From the IMG/VR virus record IMGVR_UViG_3300045988_023906: a stretch of 64,000 bases of DNA. The stretch is one strand, 5' to 3'. Under the pieces are notes generated by a model. That model did not search any database and had not been told where the DNA came from. It saw only the letters and a program-made list of their open reading frames with translations. Shown one piece after another: positions 1-8,281 of this stretch (positions within the stretch are counted from its first letter, which is position 1; the number at the start of each line of letters is the position of its first letter). The DNA comes from a virus. The position numbers and the translations under genes were made by a program.

Positions 1-2133
1 AGGGATGATAGGGGTAGAATCATTGTAGACTTGGCTAATCCTCATATATTAGAGGATATGGATTACTTCAGACCATCTGCTATACATTATGAGAAGTATG
101 GTACATTTACTAACCTTAGACCTAATGCCAATCCTAATAGTGAATATGGTAAGTGGGTAAGAGAGGAAAGAAGAAGAATCTGGGATGGTTATGTAAGGGA
201 AAGTGATGGAGAATGGGTTACAGGATATATGTATTGGTTCCTTAATTATTCTCCTATGATGCTCTCTAAGATTAGAGAGTATAAGGATAAGAATGGTAAG
301 AAGAAAAAGTCCAAGAGGGCTGATAGAGTAGAGGCATTACCTGAATGTTGGGAAGGTATCTATTGGAGATTCCATTGCTTAGACCAAGCATCAAATGGTG
401 GTTTATACAATAACTTTGGGGGAGGTCAGCACATGGCTGAACTTGCTTCCAGAGGTAAAGGTAAGTCATATAGTCTTGCATCTATACTTAACCATATCTT
501 TGTGGTAGGTGAGAATGAGGAAGCACATGAAAAGGTAAAGGGTATAGTAACTGCCTATCAGAAGGAGTATCTTACTAAGGATGGTGTCCTTAATAAGTTT
601 GTAGATATGGCTAACTTCTGTGCAACCAATACCCAGTTTCCAAGAAAGAGATTAAAGAACTCTTTACAGGAAATGACATGGATAATGGGGTATAAGGATG
701 TAGAGTTGGATATTGAAAGAGGTACTCAGAATACAGTACTTGGAGTATCATCTAAGGATGATGAGTCTAAGTTGAGAGGTAAGAGAGCTGCTAAGATTCT
801 TATTGAAGAGTTTGGTACATTCCCAAGATTAGTTGATTTGTATAATGTGCTTTTACCTTCAGTACAGGAAGGTGATATTGTCTTTGGACAAATCTATATG
901 TTAGGTACTGCTGGTGATAATGAATCAGACTTTGCTGGTGCTCAGGAAATCATGTATAACCCTAAAGGTTATAATATGTATGCTTTACCTAATGTATTTG
1001 ATAAGTACAACCAAGGTAAACCTTACTTTGTATTCTTCTTTCCTGGCTATGTGAATAGAAAGGGATGTTATAATGAGAATGGTGTATCTGATGTAATTAA
1101 GGCTCTGATTGAAATTCTTATGAATAGGTATAGGGTAAAGTATAATTCTACTGACCCTAACACTATTATTAAGACTATTGCTGAGGTTCCTATTACTCCT
1201 GCTGAAGCTATTGTTAAGACAGGTGTAAATATGTTTCCTATAGCTGACTTGACTGAAAGAATAGGTCAATTGGATGCTAATCCTACAGAATATGATGGTG
1301 TATATGTAGGTGATTTGGTATTCAATAAAGATGGTCAGGTGGAGTATAAACCTACCTCTGCTACACCTATTAGGGATTTCCCACATAAGGATAATAAGAT
1401 AGAGGGTGCTATTGAAATATATCAGTTACCTGAGATTGATAGGAATACAGGTAAGCCATACAATGATAGGTATATATTAGGTGCTGACCCTTATGATGAT
1501 GATGAATCAAATACTATGTCTTTAGGTTCTATATTTGTACTGGATTTATGGACAGATAGGATAGTAGCTGAATACACTGGAAGACCTCCTTTTGCTGATG
1601 ATTACTATGAGATTTGTAGAAAGCTTTGTCTATTCTACAATGGCAGGCTGAACTATGAGTACAATAAAAAAGGTCTATTCTCTCACTTCTCGACAAGAAA
1701 TAGTCTCTATCTTCTTACAGATGTTCTTGATTTCTTAAAGGAAAAGCAGATGATGAAAGATGGCTATGGTAACAAGTCAAAAGGTACTAATGCCTCTCCT
1801 GCCATTAATGCTTATGCAAGGAGTAGATTGAGAAGCTGGCTATTAGCTCCAGTTCCTATTATGCAAACTATTGATGGAGAAGAGAAAGAGGTAATGGTTC
1901 CAAGACTATTTACTGTGAGGAACAGAGCACTGCTGAAAGAGCTTATTAATTACAACTCTGAGGGTAACTTCGATAGAATATCTGCTATGGGTATGTTGAT
2001 GCTTCTAAGGGAAGATAGAATGATAAGATACCAAGGAGATGTTAGTAAGGAAAAGCAGGAGAGGGCTAATAATAGCTATGATGGTAATGACCCATTCTTC
2101 AAGAGGAACTATGACTTTAGGTTTGGGCAGTAA
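1..2133 (+). CDS. terL: Terminase large subunit, 5' end probably off-window
   Basis: The frame is open from nt 1, and the ORF-track start at 31 is a TTG. Walker A-like ASRGKGKS, Walker B-like KILIEEFG and a nuclease-type acidic motif LGADPYDDD are present. A portal-sized gene follows. Confidence 0.9.
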   Translation, partial: RDDRGRIIVDLANPHILEDMDYFRPSAIHYEKYGTFTNLRPNANPNSEYGKWVREERRRIWDGYVRESDGEWVTGYMYWFLNYSPMMLSKIREYKDKNGKKKKSKRADRVEALPECWEGIYWRFHCLDQASNGGLYNNFGGGQHMAELASRGKGKSYSLASILNHIFVVGENEEAHEKVKGIVTAYQKEYLTKDGVLNKFVDMANFCATNTQFPRKRLKNSLQEMTWIMGYKDVELDIERGTQNTVLGVSSKDDESKLRGKRAAKILIEEFGTFPRLVDLYNVLLPSVQEGDIVFGQIYMLGTAGDNESDFAGAQEIMYNPKGYNMYALPNVFDKYNQGKPYFVFFFPGYVNRKGCYNENGVSDVIKALIEILMNRYRVKYNSTDPNTIIKTIAEVPITPAEAIVKTGVNMFPIADLTERIGQLDANPTEYDGVYVGDLVFNKDGQVEYKPTSATPIRDFPHKDNKIEGAIEIYQLPEIDRNTGKPYNDRYILGADPYDDDESNTMSLGSIFVLDLWTDRIVAEYTGRPPFADDYYEICRKLCLFYNGRLNYEYNKKGLFSHFSTRNSLYLLTDVLDFLKEKQMMKDGYGNKSKGTNASPAINAYARSRLRSWLLAPVPIMQTIDGEEKEVMVPRLFTVRNRALLKELINYNSEGNFDRISAMGMLMLLREDRMIRYQGDVSKEKQERANNSYDGNDPFFKRNYDFRFGQ

Positions 2134-2177
2134 ATTTAGTAAAAATGGAGACTGATGGTTAATAAATTACTTATATA

Positions 2178-2209
2178 CTTGCATAGGTCAAGGATTTTAC
2201 TTACCTTTG
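2178..2209 (+). promoter_or_regulatory. Bacteroides-type promoter (cTTG-N20-TAccTTTG) upstream of the GIY-YIG gene
   Basis: TTG at 2179-2181, a 20-nt spacer and TACCTTTG at 2202-2209. It sits inside the conserved block TTACTTACCTTTGCA, 21 nt before the ATG at 2230. Confidence 0.7.
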
Positions 2210-2229
2210 CACAGTAATTAAATTGAAGT

Positions 2230-2916
2230 ATGAGGAAGAGAGATTATACTGTATATTTACATATAAACAAAGTGAATAAGAAAGTATATGTAGGAATAAC
2301 TTCTATGAGGGTAGAGAATAGATGGAGAGAAGGTAAAGGATATAAAAAGTGTGAAATCATGAATAAGGCGATACTAAAGTATGGTTGGAGTAATTTTGAA
2401 CACATTATACTCTGTAAGACTTCAAAGGATAGAGCTATAATTCTTGAAAAATCTCTTATAAAATTCTATAAGAATAGGAGAATAAGCTATAATATCTCTG
2501 GTGGGGGAGAGGATGCAGGCACTGTCAGTGAATACACTAAAGAAAAGCTTAGACAATATAAGGGAGAGAAATCTTCTATGTTTGGTAAGCATCCATCTAA
2601 AGAGACAATAGAAAAGAGAATAAGTACAAGAAAAGCTTTAGGGCATTATTCTAAAGACACTTCATGGTTAGCTCCATACAGATTAAGAAAAGGAAAAGAA
2701 AGTCCTATGTATGGGAGGAAGCCAAGTGAAAACACCTTATTGGCCCATAGAAAAGTAATACTTCAATTTAGTTTAGATGGAGAATTTATAAAAGAATTTA
2801 GTTCAATTAAGGAAGCCTCTGGGGAGATTGGTATTTCCAAGCCAGCAATTGTGCATTGCTTAAAAGGAAAAACTAAAAAGGCAGGAGGATATAAATGGAA
2901 ATATAAATATGAGTGA
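2230..2916 (+). CDS. Free-standing GIY-YIG homing endonuclease (I-TevI/Seg-like) with NUMOD3-like and C-terminal NUMOD1/IENR1-like HTH modules
   Basis: N-terminal YTVYLHINKVNKKVYVGIT...R...GWSNFEH matches the GIY-YIG core. MFGKHPSKETIEKRIS and MYGRKPSENTLLAHRK resemble NUMOD3. F-SIKEAS-EIGISKPAIVHCLKGKTKKAGGYKWKY resembles the HTH module. The 3' end overlaps the portal ATG by 8 nt. Confidence 0.85.
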   Translation: MRKRDYTVYLHINKVNKKVYVGITSMRVENRWREGKGYKKCEIMNKAILKYGWSNFEHIILCKTSKDRAIILEKSLIKFYKNRRISYNISGGGEDAGTVSEYTKEKLRQYKGEKSSMFGKHPSKETIEKRISTRKALGHYSKDTSWLAPYRLRKGKESPMYGRKPSENTLLAHRKVILQFSLDGEFIKEFSSIKEASGEIGISKPAIVHCLKGKTKKAGGYKWKYKYE

Positions 2917-5332
2917 ATTTTGTCAATTGCCCCCTCAAAACTTACCTTTTAATAAAAAGACCAAGGAATGGAGAAAGAAACACTTGGATTTTGCTGATTC
3001 AAAGACATTTTTTAACTATAGTCTTGTAAGGAAGAGTGTTATTCATAAAAAGATAGCGTATGACTTACTTAATGGGAAGCTTCACATGAGTGACCTTGAG
3101 ATGATACTGAATCCTGAGAAGCTACAGGCAGGTTTCATACCTGATAGAATCCAACACTATCCTATTATGAATAGTAAGTTGAATGTGCTTAGAGGTGAGG
3201 AAAGTAAGAGAGTTTTTGACTTCAAAGTAGTAGTTACTAACCCTAATGCTATTACAGAGATAGAGAATAACAAGAAGCAAGAATTACTACAGAAGCTACA
3301 GGAATGGGTATCTAATACTTCTCAATCAGAAGAGGAGGCTAACCAAGAGCTTGAAAAGATAAATGATTACTACACCTATGAGTGGCAGGACATGAGGGAA
3401 ATTAGGGCTAATGCCCTTCTTAACCACTATGTAAAGGAGTTGAATATTCCTTTAATGTTCAATCAAGGGTTCATGGATGCAATGGCAGTTGGTGAAGAGA
3501 TTTATCAATGTGATATTGTAGGAGGTGAGCCTACTATTGAAAGACTAAATCCACTCAAAGTAAGAATCTTTAAGTCAGGATATAGCAATAAGATTGAGGA
3601 TGCAGATATGATAATCCTCGAAGATTATTGGAGTCCAGGCAAGGTTATTGATGCCTACTATGATGTATTGACAAAGAAAGACATGGAGTATATAGAGAAA
3701 ATGCCTGACCATGTAGGTCAAGCTGCTACAGACTCTATGGATAATATTGATGAGAGATATGGCTTTGTCAATAATCACATGATAGGGGATGAAATAAGTA
3801 CAGAGGGATTCTTTTGGGACCCATTAGGAGGATATGATGGGGTTAATAACTCACTTCTTCCTTATGATGTTGCAGGAAACTTGAGAGTACTTAGAGTATA
3901 TTGGAAGTCAAGAAGAAAGATTAAGAAGGTAAGAAGTTATGACCCTCAAACAGGTGAAGAAGTATTTAACTTCTACCCAGAGACTTATGTAATAGATAAG
4001 GATGCTGGAGAAGAAGAGCAGATATTCTACATCAATGAAGCATGGGAAGGAACTAAGATTGGCACAGACATTTATGTCAATATGAGACCAAGAGTAGTTC
4101 AGTACAACAGACTAAGCAACCCTTCAAGATGTCACTTTGGAATTGTAGGTTCTATTTATAACCTTAATGACAACAGACCATTCAGCTTGGTGGATATGAT
4201 GAAGCCATATAACTACTTGTATGATGCAATACATGATAGATTAAATAAGCTGATAGCAAGAAACTGGGGTTCATTGGTGAGATTAGATTTTGCCAAGAAA
4301 CCTAAGGGATGGGATGTAGAGAAATGGTTATACTATGCAAAGACTATGGGTCTTGCAGTAGAAGATAGCTTCAATGAAGGTAATGTAGGTGCAGCTACAG
4401 GTAAACTTGCAGGTGCATTAAACAATGCTTCTACTGGGGTAATTGCAGCTTCTGATGGTAATCAGATACAGCAATACATTAATCTTCTTGAGTTTATCAA
4501 GATGGAAATGGCAGAAGTTGCTGGCATTACCAGGCAAAGAGAAGGTCAGGTAAGTAATAGAGAGACAGTAGGTGGAGTAGAGAGAAGCATGATGCAGTCT
4601 TCTCATATTACAGAGTGGCTATTTGTAGTACATGAGGATGTCAAGAAGAGGGCATTAGAGTGTTTGCTTGAAACAGCTAAGATAGCATTAAGAGGCAGAA
4701 GCAAGAAGTTCCAATATATCTTGTCTGATAATTCAATAAGAGTTATGGAGATAGATGGTGATGAATTTGCAGAAGCTGATTATGGTCTTGTAGTGGATAA
4801 TAGCAATGGTGTTCAAGAATTAAACTCAAAACTTGATACTTTAGCTCAGGCAGCATTGCAGAACCAGACTCTATCATTCTCAACTATTATGAAGTTATTC
4901 AGTTCATCTTCGCTTGCTGAAAAGCAGAGACTTGTTGAAAAGGATGAAAGAAGTATTCAAGAAAGACAGGCTCAAGCTCAACAACAGCAATTGCAGGTAC
5001 AGCAACAAGAGATAGAACAGAAGGCTCAGATGGAACAGGCTAAGATGCAACAGGAAGATGCTCTTAACCAAAGAGATAATGAGACAAAGATTATTATTGC
5101 ACAAATGCAAGCTTATAGCAAGAATAGTGAAGATGATGGTATAGTAGAACCTGAATATTCACAAGAGGCTAAAGACAAGCTAATGGAGCAGATGAGGGAA
5201 TTTGATTTAAGACTTAAGCTTGATAAGGAAAGGCTGGAGCATGATAAGGAGAAGGCTAAAACTGATGCAAGGCTCAAGGAAAAACAAATAAATAAGCAGA
5301 AAGCAACTTCTAATAACAATAATAAGCAATGA
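2909..5332 (+). CDS. Portal protein (807 aa) with a Q/K/E-rich coiled-coil C-terminal tail
   Basis: Called from position after TerL and from size typical of crAss-like portals. No catalytic motif can be read by eye, so the call rests on synteny and size. Confidence 0.7.
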   Translation: MSEFCQLPPQNLPFNKKTKEWRKKHLDFADSKTFFNYSLVRKSVIHKKIAYDLLNGKLHMSDLEMILNPEKLQAGFIPDRIQHYPIMNSKLNVLRGEESKRVFDFKVVVTNPNAITEIENNKKQELLQKLQEWVSNTSQSEEEANQELEKINDYYTYEWQDMREIRANALLNHYVKELNIPLMFNQGFMDAMAVGEEIYQCDIVGGEPTIERLNPLKVRIFKSGYSNKIEDADMIILEDYWSPGKVIDAYYDVLTKKDMEYIEKMPDHVGQAATDSMDNIDERYGFVNNHMIGDEISTEGFFWDPLGGYDGVNNSLLPYDVAGNLRVLRVYWKSRRKIKKVRSYDPQTGEEVFNFYPETYVIDKDAGEEEQIFYINEAWEGTKIGTDIYVNMRPRVVQYNRLSNPSRCHFGIVGSIYNLNDNRPFSLVDMMKPYNYLYDAIHDRLNKLIARNWGSLVRLDFAKKPKGWDVEKWLYYAKTMGLAVEDSFNEGNVGAATGKLAGALNNASTGVIAASDGNQIQQYINLLEFIKMEMAEVAGITRQREGQVSNRETVGGVERSMMQSSHITEWLFVVHEDVKKRALECLLETAKIALRGRSKKFQYILSDNSIRVMEIDGDEFAEADYGLVVDNSNGVQELNSKLDTLAQAALQNQTLSFSTIMKLFSSSSLAEKQRLVEKDERSIQERQAQAQQQQLQVQQQEIEQKAQMEQAKMQQEDALNQRDNETKIIIAQMQAYSKNSEDDGIVEPEYSQEAKDKLMEQMREFDLRLKLDKERLEHDKEKAKTDARLKEKQINKQKATSNNNNKQ

Positions 5333-6198
5333 AAAAATTTAGAGATATTATACAAGATATAAAAGCTCCAAGCACAAGTGACCTCTGGATTAATAATGGA
5401 GAGTTGAAGTACTATACTAGTAATGGCTGGAGAGCCATTACCAGTAATGGCTCTTCCGATGTATATGTTCTACCGGGTAACCTTCAAACAACAGAAGGAT
5501 GGTCTACAACAGACGTAGAATCTATTGTAGGGAATTGGGATGAGTTTACAAAAGCTGTCTCAGGTGGTAAGATAATTGTTGGTTATTTTCAAAACGAGGG
5601 ACAATTTGTCAAAAGTACAGCCTCAGTGATAGAAAATGGCGGGGTAACCTTTTTAAGTTTTAGCTTTTATCAGCTTCTTTGTGTATATATTATTGACCAA
5701 AGTTATATAACTATTGTTACTATTGATAATTTTCTTTGTGTGAGTTCTGTTGTAGACGGACTAAATAGTTCAGGAACTGAACTACCTCTCTCTGCCAACC
5801 AAGGTAGGATTCTTAATGATAGGGTAACAGAATTAGAGAGTAAGTCTAATGTTGCAGTGCTTACACCTACAGGTACAAAACTAACGGAGTTGGTATCCAG
5901 TAGTCCTAATGTTACACAAGAGCAGTTGGCTGAAGCAGGTTTCACTCCTGAAATATGTAGAAGGTTGAATGCTGGAGAAGTGATTTACATGAGTGGTGAA
6001 TGTGCTGGTTTTGGTAATGATGCTTTGTATCCAATACAGGGTATTGCCCCTAATTCCTCTCCTGACTTAGTACCGTCTAGATTGTGCTACTGTCACTATA
6101 GTAGTTATAATGCGGATGGCACTGCTAATGGAGGGTGCTTTACTACAATTAAGAAGCAATCCTCAGGTCAGTACCTTGTAGATTATATTGAGTTGTAG
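5329..6198 (+). CDS. Fibre-like virion protein (289 aa)
   Basis: Has the N-terminal motif SDLWINNGELKYYTSNGWRAI shared with neighbouring fibre ORFs, and one copy of the fibre repeat LPLSANQGRILNDRVTELE. It shows ATGA overlap with the portal stop. Confidence 0.55.
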   Translation: MKKFRDIIQDIKAPSTSDLWINNGELKYYTSNGWRAITSNGSSDVYVLPGNLQTTEGWSTTDVESIVGNWDEFTKAVSGGKIIVGYFQNEGQFVKSTASVIENGGVTFLSFSFYQLLCVYIIDQSYITIVTIDNFLCVSSVVDGLNSSGTELPLSANQGRILNDRVTELESKSNVAVLTPTGTKLTELVSSSPNVTQEQLAEAGFTPEICRRLNAGEVIYMSGECAGFGNDALYPIQGIAPNSSPDLVPSRLCYCHYSSYNADGTANGGCFTTIKKQSSGQYLVDYIEL

Positions 6199-6199
6199 T

Positions 6200-6352
6200 A
6201 TGGAAATGATGAAAAAGAAACAGGTTGTTGCTTCCCATAATAGAGAGCCTCTTATAGAGAATCTATGGTTAAGGGATGGCAAGTTGCTATACTTTGTCAA
6301 TGGAGAGTGGCAACCTGTATTAGGTCAAGATTCTAAAGTAATTATAGAGTAA
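6200..6352 (+). CDS. 50-aa ORF carrying only the fibre N-terminal motif (ENLWLRDGKLLYFVNGEWQPV)
   Basis: Hand-translated and below the ORF-track cutoff. The ATG lies 1 nt after the upstream stop, and the motif is shared with the 5329 ORF N-terminus. Confidence 0.4.
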   Translation: MEMMKKKQVVASHNREPLIENLWLRDGKLLYFVNGEWQPVLGQDSKVIIE

Positions 6353-6353
6353 C

Positions 6354-6545
6354 ATGTTCACTAAGAATCAAATAGAAGAAATTAGAGACAAATTGGCTCA
6401 GTTGGGAGTCAAGGATACAGAGTTTAAGGTAACAGAAGAAGCATCTGAAGATGATATGATAGCCATTGTCTCAGGTGGTGAGAATAAGATAATCCTGTTG
6501 AAAGACCTATTGAGTGAAGCAGCAGGTACTATTATTATCGAGTAA
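6354..6545 (+). CDS. 63-aa hypothetical protein, possible fibre N-terminal/adaptor fragment
   Basis: The ATG lies 1 nt after the previous stop. The DDMIAIVSGGENKIILLKDLL pattern resembles fibre N-terminal segments. The TAA stop runs straight into a 19-nt A tract. Confidence 0.45.
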   Translation: MFTKNQIEEIRDKLAQLGVKDTEFKVTEEASEDDMIAIVSGGENKIILLKDLLSEAAGTIIIE

Positions 6546-6562
6546 AAAAAAAAAAAAAAAAA
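6544..6562 (+). repeat. Homopolymeric A19 tract between the TAA stop (6543-6545) and the ATG at 6565
   Basis: Counted directly: A at 6544-6562, followed by GA then ATG. Confidence 0.95.
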
Positions 6563-6564
6563 GA

Positions 6565-8271
6565 ATGAAGATTGTTAATTCAATTATGCCAATGAGTGAT
6601 GTAAAGGCATTAGCAGCAAGCGGACAAAAATTAAGAGTAGCAGTAACAAAAACTTCCGCACAAGGTAGGGATGCACAAAGTACTACACCCAATTTAATGT
6701 CTTTCAGTATTGATGAAAGCAGTGTGTGGTTTAATGGAAAGAAGTATGGGGTACATAAATTTAATAATGTTTCAAGCCTGAATACTAACTCAACAGCAGA
6801 ACAGGTATTGTCTGCTTTGAATGTCAGGGAATCTTCTGAACTTTATGATTTAGCCCATAAAGGTGTACTTTTCATAGATACCATTTCTGGAAATACGATA
6901 GTAAAATATGAAGATGGGGATGACACTTTCCAACTCTATGTACCAAGCTCAAATTTAGAGTCAATAGAGAGACTTACTATTAATGTATCTAGTAATAAAG
7001 TGGTAAAGTTGACCACTACATCTCATTTAATGGTTGATGATATCAGGAATACTCTAACCTCTGCTGAGACTGCCAAGGTTCTTTCAGCCGCAATGGGCAA
7101 GAAGCTCCAGGATGAGAAGTTGGCTAAGACAGATGTGGTGAACAACCTAACTACGGATGAAGCTTCAAAAGCCTTATCAGCGGCACAGGGTAAAGCGTTG
7201 AATGACAAGTTTAATGGGAACAAGATAAATATCAACTTCTCAGCTATTTCAGATTCAACAAATAATGCCACTATAAAAGGCTACATGGGGAACATAAATG
7301 GTGACACTCTTGTTAGTAAGCTTACTTATGGTGCAAATCTGGTTGACAGTAGTAGTAATGATTGGGTAATTACTTTGCAGGAGGTAAGTGATACAAAGGT
7401 ATCATTTACAGGTATTAAATTCACAGATTTTAACTTATGCAGTAAGAATGTATCAGTTACTATAAGTGGCGGTAATTATACAAATGTGACTGTTGCTCAG
7501 GATAATAGGCTTGTACCTGCTATAAACAATACCTTAACTTCAACTAGTACTAGTGAGGCTCTTTCAGCAGCTCAAGGTAAAGTTCTTAATGACAGAATCT
7601 CAGGTTTGGGCAATGTGTATAGAGTGAGGGGTACTAAGACTAACTTATCTGATGTACTAGCCCTTACTGATGCAAAGGTTGGTGATGTTTGGAATGTGAC
7701 TAATGCCTTTATTTTAGGTGATAAGCCATATCCTGCAAATACCAATGTTGTATGTATTACAGCAACTAGCTCATCTGACCACGATGGAGGAAATTGGGAC
7801 CCGTTGGGAGGTACTGTTGATTTGAATTCTTATGTGCCTAAGAGTGATATAGTTGATAACCTATCAACTTCAGATTCAAAAAAGCCTCTCTCTGCTAAAC
7901 AAGGACTTGCCCTTGCTGATATGATAACGAAATTAAAAGCTGATAAGGAGACCTATCAGCTTCCCAAAGCACTTGTAAGTGGCACACTATCCACTCAGAA
8001 TGAAATAGATACTATTCTAGGTTCCTATAGTAGCTTCAATGCCGCCCTTAATGCAGGTAAGGTAATACATGGAGTATATAAAGACAGCATCAACAGAATG
8101 AATACAGTAGCATTCTCAGCATTCAATGATACTACTAACAGTAGGGTTGAAATGTTTGCGATACTGAATAATTCTACCTTACTATATATACAGGCTACTT
8201 ATAGTGGGGCTAGTTGGGTTAGTGCTACCACAAGGGAAGAGTCTTTTAATGCAAGCATCACTATAGAATAA
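6565..8271 (+). CDS. Tail fibre protein (568 aa) with four copies of the L-S/T-x-x-x-A-L-S-A-x-Q-G-K-x-L repeat
   Basis: The start is moved to M18 at 6565, because the ORF-track start at 6514 reads through the A19 tract as KKKKKK and overlaps the previous ORF. The repeats are LTSAETAKVLSAAMGKKLQDE, LTTDEASKALSAAQGKALNDK, LTSTSTSEALSAAQGKVLNDR and LSTSDSKKPLSAKQGLALADM. Confidence 0.75.
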   Translation: MKIVNSIMPMSDVKALAASGQKLRVAVTKTSAQGRDAQSTTPNLMSFSIDESSVWFNGKKYGVHKFNNVSSLNTNSTAEQVLSALNVRESSELYDLAHKGVLFIDTISGNTIVKYEDGDDTFQLYVPSSNLESIERLTINVSSNKVVKLTTTSHLMVDDIRNTLTSAETAKVLSAAMGKKLQDEKLAKTDVVNNLTTDEASKALSAAQGKALNDKFNGNKININFSAISDSTNNATIKGYMGNINGDTLVSKLTYGANLVDSSSNDWVITLQEVSDTKVSFTGIKFTDFNLCSKNVSVTISGGNYTNVTVAQDNRLVPAINNTLTSTSTSEALSAAQGKVLNDRISGLGNVYRVRGTKTNLSDVLALTDAKVGDVWNVTNAFILGDKPYPANTNVVCITATSSSDHDGGNWDPLGGTVDLNSYVPKSDIVDNLSTSDSKKPLSAKQGLALADMITKLKADKETYQLPKALVSGTLSTQNEIDTILGSYSSFNAALNAGKVIHGVYKDSINRMNTVAFSAFNDTTNSRVEMFAILNNSTLLYIQATYSGASWVSATTREESFNASITIE

Positions 8272-8281
8272 AAAAAAAGTT

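Noticed and set aside
6514-6564. ORF-track N-terminal extensions that read through the homopolymer tracts as KKKKKK (6514 start, and the 54708 start on the minus strand).
   Set aside because: They overlap the preceding ORF and translate a poly(A) tract. Internal ATGs at 6565 and 54621 sit just after the tract and give clean gene packing.
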